Source: an uncultured Dehalococcoidia bacterium
GTDB taxonomy: Bacteria > Chloroflexota > Dehalococcoidia > Lucifugimonadales > UBA1127
Direction of reading: 5' to 3'
Length of the DNA stretch: 64,000 bases
NCBI GenBank assembly: GCA_951812285.1
Contig: OX638292.1
Span: 1,464,551-1,528,550 of the forward strand
Positions 57,330 to 64,000 of this stretch are shown here, one piece after another. Positions within the stretch are counted from its first letter, which is position 1. The number at the start of each line of letters is the position of its first letter. The position numbers were made by a program, and so were the translations under genes. The notes below the pieces were generated by a model that saw only the letters and a program-made list of their open reading frames with translations, searched no databases and was not told the origin of the DNA.

Positions 57330-58103
57330 CTAAAGCTCCACAGGGTTGCTGCTTTCCATCCATTCCGCGAAGGAGCCGTCGTAGAGGCGGACGTTGTAGC
57401 CGGCGTGCCGCATGGACAAGTAGGCGAGCGATGCCCGGACGCCGCTCCGGCAGTAGGCGACGACCGGCTCTTGCGGCGCGATGCCCGCTGCGGACAGCCG
57501 GCTGCGCAGGAGGTCCGGCTCTATGAGGAGCTTTCCTTCGGCGCCGGTCATGTCGGAGTGGGGCACGTTCACGGCGCCGGGGATGTGGCCGGGGCGCAGG
57601 TCTGCTTCCGCTTGACCAAGGAATTCCTCTGAGGTGCGTGTGTCCAGGAGTTTAGCGTCGCCCGGGGCAGCTACGTCGGCCGTGGTGGCTCGCACTGACG
57701 GGTTGAGGTGCGGGGAAAGGGACGAGGGTTGCGCCTTTACGGGCCGGTAGAGGACCTCCCGGCCCTGTTCCTTCCAGGTGTCGAAGAAGAGGTCCATGAC
57801 GTGGACGTCGGTGCGGCCGAGATACTCGAGGACCCAAGCCGCCATGGCGGCATTGCGGCCGTCATGGTGGTCGTAGAAGATTGGAATTATGTCATATCCC
57901 AAGCCAGCGTCGCCGAAGGCAGCGGCAAGCTGCTCCGGCGGGCCGAGGCGGCCGTTCGAGCCCTGCAGCTTCTTGTACGGGACGCTTACGGCTCCTGGAA
58001 GGTGGCCCATGAGGTAGCGCATGGCCGACCGGGGGTCGATTAGCAGGTAGCCCGGCTGTCCGATATGGTCAGAGACCCAATCCGCGGTAACAAAGGTGAC
58101 CAT
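57330..58103 (-). CDS. two-domain rhodanese (thiosulfate/3-mercaptopyruvate sulfurtransferase family)
   Basis: ATG 58103 overlaps the stop of the upstream OsmC gene (TGATG). Active-site loop CRSGVRAS in the C-terminal domain. Confidence 0.8.
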   Translation of the reverse strand: MVTFVTADWVSDHIGQPGYLLIDPRSAMRYLMGHLPGAVSVPYKKLQGSNGRLGPPEQLAAAFGDAGLGYDIIPIFYDHHDGRNAAMAAWVLEYLGRTDVHVMDLFFDTWKEQGREVLYRPVKAQPSSLSPHLNPSVRATTADVAAPGDAKLLDTRTSEEFLGQAEADLRPGHIPGAVNVPHSDMTGAEGKLLIEPDLLRSRLSAAGIAPQEPVVAYCRSGVRASLAYLSMRHAGYNVRLYDGSFAEWMESSNPVEL

Positions 58104-58636
58104 CAACCAACCATTTCGAAGTCCGTCTCGACCGAGGTTGGCTTGGCGACGGACTGAGTGACAGGGGAGCCTTCGACGGCCAGGCGCCAGATCTCCCGCA
58201 GGGTCGGCTCGTCGGCGTCGGCGCGGACGAAGCACTTGGCCGAGATCCTGCCGTAGCCGGGGTTGCCCTCGTCCTCAACGCCAGCCCACTTGCGGATGTT
58301 GTCGAAATAGCCCTCGACGGCTATCTCCAGGTCGTGGATACGGACGCCCTGCTTGGTGGCATTGACCACGAAGCCGACGGTCATGCAGCTTCCGATGGCC
58401 GACAGAAGCTGCTCGTGGGCGCTGGCGGCTGCGTCGGTGGCGGTCAGGTCGCCGGGCTCGTCCATCTCAACCTGGTGGTTGCGCATGTAGGCCTTCGCCC
58501 GCATGCCGTCCTGCCAGACGACGCGCGACTTCCAGGGGCCGGTTACAGCCTGGAAAACCTCGGGGTCCCGAAAGGAATCGAGGACTTCGGCCAGCTTCTC
58601 CTGGGGCAGCCCGTTAAGGTTTCTCTCCTCGGTCAT
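58103..58636 (-). CDS. OsmC/Ohr family peroxiredoxin-like protein
   Basis: ATG 58636 six nt after AAGGAG. LLSAIGSCMTVG motif is typical of the OsmC fold. Confidence 0.75.
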   Translation of the reverse strand: MTEERNLNGLPQEKLAEVLDSFRDPEVFQAVTGPWKSRVVWQDGMRAKAYMRNHQVEMDEPGDLTATDAAASAHEQLLSAIGSCMTVGFVVNATKQGVRIHDLEIAVEGYFDNIRKWAGVEDEGNPGYGRISAKCFVRADADEPTLREIWRLAVEGSPVTQSVAKPTSVETDFEMVG

Positions 58637-58691
58637 GTCCAACTCCTTTGCATGCCCGTACACACTTGGGCGACTGCTCAGTATTCCGGCG

Positions 58692-59855
58692 CTACCGGTA
58701 TTCCGCCCTGATCTGTTCGGCGGCCTGTGTGATTACCTGTATCTTCTTGATTGCCATTTCAGTAGTGTTGACGTTTCTCTCGGCGAAGGTACCGAAGCCA
58801 CAGTCGGGGTTGAGGTAGATCTTGTCCGGGTCGAAGTACTGAAGGAGCTCCTTGACCCTGGCAACGATCTGCTCCGGTGACTCCATGTCGTCGGTGCGGG
58901 GATTCACCACTCCGAAACCCATTTCCCACTCGTTGCTGTACTCCTTGAAGACGTCCATTTCCCCCGCCCTAGGCGTGGCGCATTCCAGCACGAGCTGGTC
59001 AATATTCATCTGGGCGAGGTAGGGAAGCATCGGCCCGTAGTTGCCGGTGAGGAGCACGTCTTCCTTCCTGCTCCAGTTGCCTCGGCAGATGTGGACGCCA
59101 GTCTTGATGCCGGTGATGCCGTCCAACGTCTCGTTCATCAGCCGGACCGCGAACTCCAGCTCATCGGTGGGGTCGCGGCGATTGGGCAGGGCGGCACACA
59201 TGAACGTCTCAGTGCTCTCTTCGCCGAAGACGACCTGGCTGAGGATAGGCTCGTCGAGCTGGACGAAATCGCAGCCCTGGTCCCGGAGGGCGATGATCTC
59301 CTCACGAAGGATGGCCACGACGTCCGCCGCGAGGTCTTCGGGGGTTGGGTAGACGGCGTCTGAGAGACCCTCGAACCAGCTGGAGCGTGTCAGCATGTAG
59401 GGTCCGGGCAGGGGAATCTTGATCTGGCGGTCCGTGTGCTCCTTCAGGAAGGCGAATTCGTCGAGGGCAAGGCCCTGCCGCGTCCCGAGCCGGTCGACCG
59501 CGATGGGGCTCTTGATGGCGAAGGCAGGCACGTCGAGCGCCCGCAGCATCTCCTCCATGCGAGCCCTGTCATGGGAATAGTCCATCACTTCCGAGACTTT
59601 CATGAGCCGCATTCCGGTCAGCTTGTCCACGGCGAAGGAGTAGAAGTTGTCCCGGCGCAACTCACCGTCGCTGATGATGTCGACGCCGGCCTCTTCCTGC
59701 GCCCGGATGCATGCCAGGACCTCAGCGTCGGCGATGGCACTGAACTCGGCGTAGGTGATCTCGCCAGCCTCCTTGCGACGGAGGGCCCGGACGAGCTCGG
59801 TGGAACGTGGCCAACTGCCGACGACGGTTACGGGAAACAGTGGGGTCTTAGCCAT
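58692..59855 (-). CDS. MetE-like (cobalamin-independent methionine synthase catalytic-domain family) methyltransferase
   Basis: 387-aa ORF. VVGSWPRS, HICRGNW and NPDCGFGT Zn-ligand motifs. Single-domain length, same family as the gene at the left window edge. Confidence 0.8.
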   Translation of the reverse strand: MAKTPLFPVTVVGSWPRSTELVRALRRKEAGEITYAEFSAIADAEVLACIRAQEEAGVDIISDGELRRDNFYSFAVDKLTGMRLMKVSEVMDYSHDRARMEEMLRALDVPAFAIKSPIAVDRLGTRQGLALDEFAFLKEHTDRQIKIPLPGPYMLTRSSWFEGLSDAVYPTPEDLAADVVAILREEIIALRDQGCDFVQLDEPILSQVVFGEESTETFMCAALPNRRDPTDELEFAVRLMNETLDGITGIKTGVHICRGNWSRKEDVLLTGNYGPMLPYLAQMNIDQLVLECATPRAGEMDVFKEYSNEWEMGFGVVNPRTDDMESPEQIVARVKELLQYFDPDKIYLNPDCGFGTFAERNVNTTEMAIKKIQVITQAAEQIRAEYR

Positions 59856-60033
59856 CCAGATTCCTCCCGGATTCGCGCGTCACAAGAGTACGCTTCTTAC
59901 CTTTGCGGCAAGGCATAGTGTATCCCACGCCGCAAGCCAGTACAAATTGGAGACCGTACCGGCGCAGGCAGGAGTAGCCGTTCTCGGACCCAGCTTGAGG
60001 CGCAAGTTGGGGAAGTTCCAGCGCAGGCTACGC

Positions 60034-61584
60034 TCAGGGCCCCGTGTACAGCTCCGTGTCCGGGTGGAACTGGTACCAGCCAAACCAGAAGGACATGTGC
60101 GTGGGTATGCGCGCAAGCTTCTCAGTCCCGTCAGCTTCATTGACGAGGTATTCCTCGGTCACCCGCCACACATCGCCGTCGCCGTCCACAACCTGGACGG
60201 GGAGGAGGAGGCTGTTGGCCTCGCCCGGCGCGAGCTTGAATGTCCTGCCGCCCCGGTAAAAGGACCTGGCGCCCTCACTTCCGGCTGAGGCGAGCACCAG
60301 GATCTCCTCGCCGCCCACCACGTCGTTGATGATGCGCGCCACTCGAAGTGCGTCGGAGGCGTAGGCCTTGTAGCTGTCGCTGAGTTGGACGCCCAGGACG
60401 ATGTCCTTCGTTTCGAGGCCGTCGTGCCGGTCGGGGACCGGGAACATCGTCTCAGGGTCGGTGAAGTAGCCGAAGTAGATGGCCTCCGGGTCGTCTTCGG
60501 GAGCGTAGAAATCAGCGTTGTATACGCCCGTCGACTGGGCGAGCACCGTAGTGTCGGGATGGAGTGCGAGCCACTCCTCCCACGTTGTGAGCATGACGGG
60601 GAAGAATTCGAGCTTGATGCCGGAGTCCCACAGCGGACCGATGACAGGCTCGCTGGTGAGTTGGTTCCAGAGGGAGTTGGTCAGGCGGTCGTACATGACC
60701 TTGTTGCTGCGGTAGAGCATGCCCGACGTGCCAAATGTCGTTGGCTCTCCGTTGATTTTGGCGGAATACACGATTCCGGTGCCGCAGAGGGTTCAGTAGG
60801 CAAGGGAGATGGGCTCACCTCCCAATATGTCGTTGGCCATCTCATGGGCGTTCACGATCCGGAGCGGGTAGGCCCTGTGCTTGCCGTTGATAGACACGCC
60901 GAAGACCCGGTCGGTCGGCAGCAGGTAGTCCTGGTCGTCCGCAGCGACGACGGGGGCCTGTTCCAAGGGCGGGATGCCGTCGGGCCGGACGCCTCCCCAC
61001 GCGATTTCCGCGACGTTAATCCTGGACCCCTGCTCCGCCGGGGACAGGAAGTCGCCGAATCTGTAGTCGATCAGATTCATGAGATCGACCTTCCACGCCA
61101 CGTAGCCATCAGGGGGTGGGTAGTCGTGGCCATTCCGGCCAAGCCATTCCATCCACTCGAACCAGCCACGGGCGTAAGCCTCAAAGTACTCGCCGGTGAG
61201 CTCAGAGAGAGCCTCCTTGGTGTCCTCAACGAGCGTCCAATTCCCGAAGAAGCGGAGCATCTCGATCATCACGGGGACCATAGACTTGTCGTTATTGGCG
61301 ACAGCCAGCTTGATGGCCTCCTGGGATTGCGCGGGCTGAGTCCCATAGCCCGCGAATAGCCTGTACATGTTCTCGTTGGAGTCGTAAGGCCCAGAGGGAG
61401 CCGATGCGGCAGTCGGCTCGGCCGCCGCAGTTGCAGGCGCGGCGGCCACTTCCGCTTCCGCGGGCACCGCCGTCGGCGTGACCTCGAGTTCAGGGAACGG
61501 CTCATCCACCCCAGAGCATGCCACCGTGACAGCCACAAGGGACGTTACCGCCAGCAAAACGAATCGACGCAAGAGCCTGTTCAC
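60034..61584 (-). CDS. DUF3179 family lipoprotein with in-frame TGA = candidate selenocysteine in a U-x-x-C motif (U264, C267)
   Basis: ORFs 60793..61584 and 60034..60771 are in the same frame, joined by TGA (60793-60795) plus 7 codons. The junction reads GGEPISLAY-U-TLCGTGIVYSAKING, where DUF3179 proteins (from memory) carry Y-C-P-L-C. GTG start after GGAAGGA. Lipobox VTVAC. Confidence 0.72.
60760..60783 (-). promoter_or_regulatory. candidate bacterial SECIS stem-loop for the DUF3179 TGA
   Basis: RNA GG-cac-C-GGAAU-CGUGU-AUUCC-G-CC. The core stem spans +19 to +33 from the U of UGA and the apical loop +24 to +28. Confidence 0.45.
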
Positions 61585-61834
61585 TGGTGTCCTTCCCGGG
61601 GAAGCCCCGACCCGCCCCTGACGGTCGTTCTACTAGCAATATTACACCCTCATAGGCGCATAGGGCGAAAGGGGCGCGAGGAAGCTCCATATGTGGAGCA
61701 GTTTCAGGCCACGCAGCACCGAAACAAGTTCGAATACTCTTGGACCACGCCAAGACGGTCCACCAATGACACCAGTTGCTACGTCGACGGGACTGCGGTT
61801 GCCCCGACCCCGGGCCCGTGGTAACGTCGCCAAC

Positions 61835-62569
61835 ATGCAAACTACAGCCGTGGTCGAAGCAAGAGACGTCTCATTCAGCTATGGGACGCGGGAGGTGTTG
61901 AGCGGGCTCTCACTGTCGGTGTCGGAGGGCGAGATCTTTGGTGTGCTGGGCGCGAACGGCTCAGGCAAGACCACGCTCATGCGCATGATGGTGGGCCTGT
62001 TGAGCGCCGACGGCGGGGGGCTCAGCGTTCACGGCAACACCCCGTCGGCGCGGCAGGCGGCGCAGGTCGGCTATATGCCACAACTCAGCGCACTCTACCA
62101 GGAGCTGTCGGCACGGGAGAACGTCGACTTCTTTGCGCGCATGTACGGGATGTCCGACCGCCGGGCGCGCGCCGAGGCCGTTGACGAGGCGATCGCCATC
62201 GTGGACCTGGCCGACCGAGGTGGGGACACCATCCTGAACCTCAGCGGCGGCATGCGTCAGCGCGTCAGCCTTGCCATCGCACTGGTGCACCGGCCGGCAT
62301 TGCTTTTGCTCGACGAGCCGACCGTGGGGCTCGACCCGGACTTACGCGCGGCGTTCTGGGAACGGTTCCGGCAGATGGCCAATGCGGGGACGACCATCCT
62401 AATCTCCAGCCACACGATGGATGACGCGGCCCACTGCGACCGGCTGGCCTTTCTGCGCGACGGCCGCGTGATCGCCATGGACACGCCGTCGGCGTTGCGC
62501 GCGGCGACGGGACGCGCCGACGCATCCCTCGAGGACGCGTTCATTCACTTCCTGCGGATGTCGGACTGA
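61835..62569 (+). CDS. ABC-2 type exporter ATP-binding protein
   Basis: ATG 61835. Walker A GANGSGKTT, signature LSGGMRQRV, Walker B LLLDEPT. Confidence 0.85.
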   Translation: MQTTAVVEARDVSFSYGTREVLSGLSLSVSEGEIFGVLGANGSGKTTLMRMMVGLLSADGGGLSVHGNTPSARQAAQVGYMPQLSALYQELSARENVDFFARMYGMSDRRARAEAVDEAIAIVDLADRGGDTILNLSGGMRQRVSLAIALVHRPALLLLDEPTVGLDPDLRAAFWERFRQMANAGTTILISSHTMDDAAHCDRLAFLRDGRVIAMDTPSALRAATGRADASLEDAFIHFLRMSD

Positions 62570-63297
62570 TGTCCACTGACCGCGTCCTGGCCATCACCGA
62601 GCGGATCGCCCGCCAGATCCTGCGTGACCGACGGTCCATCGGGTTGCTCATCGTCGGGCCGCTCATTGTTATGTCGCTTGTTGGCTTCAGCCTCTATGAG
62701 CAGCGGGAAATACTCGACCGGGTCGCTCCCGGCTTGCTCGGGGTGTTCGTGTTGTTCTTCACCTTCATCCTGACGGGCGTCGGGTTCCTGCGGGAGCGAG
62801 CGCAAGGGACGCTCGAACGGCTGCAGACGACGCTGGTAGGCAGCTTCGACATCATGCTGGGCTACATGCTGGGCTTCCTCATCTTTGCCGTTGTACAGAC
62901 GGTCGTGATCTTCACGTTCACCATCTTCGCGCTGGACATCCAGTACAAGGGCAGCCTCTGGGAGATTGGCGTCGTACTCTTCCTTGTGGTTGCTGTCGCA
63001 GTCAGTCTCGGCATCTTCATTTCCAGCTTCGCCAACAACGAGTTCCAGGTCGTGCAATTCATCCCCATTGTGCTGGCGCCGCAGATTTTCCTGTCGGGCG
63101 TCATCATTCCCGTGGAGCAGATGCCTGAGGTGTTCGAGTGGCTGTCCGTCGTCCTGCCGCTCACCTACGCCGTGGATGCTCTGCACGAGATCATGCTGCA
63201 GGGCACTGACCTGACGAACGTGTGGGGGGACCTGGCGGCACTGGTGGTGTTTTCGACAGCGCTGCTGGGGGCTGCTGTAGCAACGCTGCGACGGTAG
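62569..63297 (+). CDS. ABC-2 type transporter permease
   Basis: 242-aa ORF with six hydrophobic segments. Start overlaps the ATPase stop (ATGA-type coupling). Confidence 0.8.
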   Translation: MSTDRVLAITERIARQILRDRRSIGLLIVGPLIVMSLVGFSLYEQREILDRVAPGLLGVFVLFFTFILTGVGFLRERAQGTLERLQTTLVGSFDIMLGYMLGFLIFAVVQTVVIFTFTIFALDIQYKGSLWEIGVVLFLVVAVAVSLGIFISSFANNEFQVVQFIPIVLAPQIFLSGVIIPVEQMPEVFEWLSVVLPLTYAVDALHEIMLQGTDLTNVWGDLAALVVFSTALLGAAVATLRR

Positions 63298-63401
63298 CTT
63301 TTGACCATTCACCTTGTCCCTTCACCAATACGGTGCTACCATCTCGCAGCCAAAACTGCCCTTGCATTGCCTTCCTGTGGGGATGATGAGGAGGACGTGG
63401 T

Positions 63402-64000
63402 TTGGAGCTCCATGAGGCCCTCTTTACCGTAGGCGCGCTCATTGTCGCCGCCAAGCTCCTCGAGGGCGTCTTCAAGCGGGTGGGACTGAACGCTATCTTC
63501 GCTTACGCAGTGGCAGGCGTCGTCCTCGGCCCAGTCACCGGCCTCGTACACACCGGACCCAGTGTCGAGCTCATTCTTGGCATTGGCATCTTCATGTTCT
63601 TCTTCCTCATCGGGCTGGAGGAGCTGGACATCACCGGGTTTGTGGCCGCGATCCGCGGCCGGATCTTCTTCACCGCTGTCCTTGCCGTAACGCTCTCGAT
63701 GCTTGCCTCCCTGGCCGTCACGACAGACGTTTTCGTCGACCTGCAGTTGGGCCTCACCTTCACCCAGGCACTGGGGCTTGCGGGGGTGCTGTCGCTTTCC
63801 AGCCTCGGCGTCGTCGCGAAGGCGCTCATCGATGAGGGCCGCCTTCGGCAGCCCGTCGGCGTGCAGATCTTCACCGCCGTCATCATCGTGGAGCTCATCG
63901 CGCTTTTCGTCGTGGGCTTCGCCATCAGCGAGCACTTCTCCTCTCGAACTGAAGGGGGGCTCGAGGCGATGACTGTGGTCCGCATTGTCGGAGAGATCAT
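63402..64000 (+). CDS. cation:proton antiporter (CPA2/Kef-NapA type), 3'-truncated by window edge
   Basis: Not in the ORF track because it has no stop within the window. TTG 63402 lies 7 nt after GAGGAGG. Own translation: LELHEALFTVGALIVAAKLLEGVFKRVGLNAIFAYAVAGVVLGP...FMFFFLIGLEELD... is typical of the Na+/H+ exchanger family. High GC3. Confidence 0.7.
   Translation, partial: MELHEALFTVGALIVAAKLLEGVFKRVGLNAIFAYAVAGVVLGPVTGLVHTGPSVELILGIGIFMFFFLIGLEELDITGFVAAIRGRIFFTAVLAVTLSMLASLAVTTDVFVDLQLGLTFTQALGLAGVLSLSSLGVVAKALIDEGRLRQPVGVQIFTAVIIVELIALFVVGFAISEHFSSRTEGGLEAMTVVRIVGEI

Noticed and set aside
59856-60033. Possible SAM or cobalamin riboswitch upstream of the MetE-like gene.
   Set aside because: I could not find the B12 box (core GCCACTG) or SAM-I/II conserved cores in the 178-nt leader. 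Single-domain MetE-like proteins are also not necessarily methionine synthases.

Overview
GC-rich bacterial chromosomal window with about 60 tightly packed genes, many with 1-4 nt start/stop overlaps. Lineage guess is Chloroflexota-like, based only on the tmRNA tag and gene content. The left part (1-12.8 kb) looks accessory. It is a catabolic cluster built from three paralogue pairs: 2 Rieske oxygenase alpha subunits, 2 ACMSD-type amidohydrolases and 2 D-2-hydroxyacid dehydrogenases. It also holds a MetE-like methyltransferase, an orphan family-5 solute-binding lipoprotein with its own promoter, an SDR, and a lower-GC GIY-YIG nuclease gene inserted between operon parts. The rest is mainly housekeeping: tmRNA+smpB, an S41 peptidase, citrate synthase, hflX, dnaN (no dnaA), acpS-nnr-coaX-coaBC, valS followed by two tandem MFS paralogues, and secA. 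It continues with prs, purA, an Fe(III)-type ABC importer, udg, rnj, ftsK, fused accD-accA, an ECF sigma/anti-sigma/SIMPL module, lepB, tRNA-Lys and ilvA. The right end holds a rhodanese-OsmC-MetE-like-DUF3179 block, an ABC-2 exporter and a 3'-truncated CPA2 antiporter. The strongest signal is two genes that the ORF track splits at in-frame TGA codons, each falling exactly on a conserved redox cysteine. One is the peroxidatic Cys of a Bcp-type peroxiredoxin (U45-x4-C50). The other is the first Cys of the CPLC motif of a DUF3179 lipoprotein (U264-T-L-C267). Both TGAs are followed by similar stem-loops at the same distance, so I read them as selenocysteine recoding; the DUF3179 case may be an unlisted selenoprotein family. 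Other second-look items: (1) a family of CGAAAAC...GTTTTCG hairpin units at about 50 bp spacing in two convergent intergenic regions; (2) a helically phased array of five TGTGGGRAA (DnaA-box-like) motifs next to dnaN; (3) a stand-alone PolX N-terminal (8 kDa/HhH) protein translationally coupled to secA and to an unknown 252-aa protein; (4) a palindromic element followed by a 21-bp tandem repeat upstream of valS. No transposase, integrase, CRISPR array or rRNA was seen.
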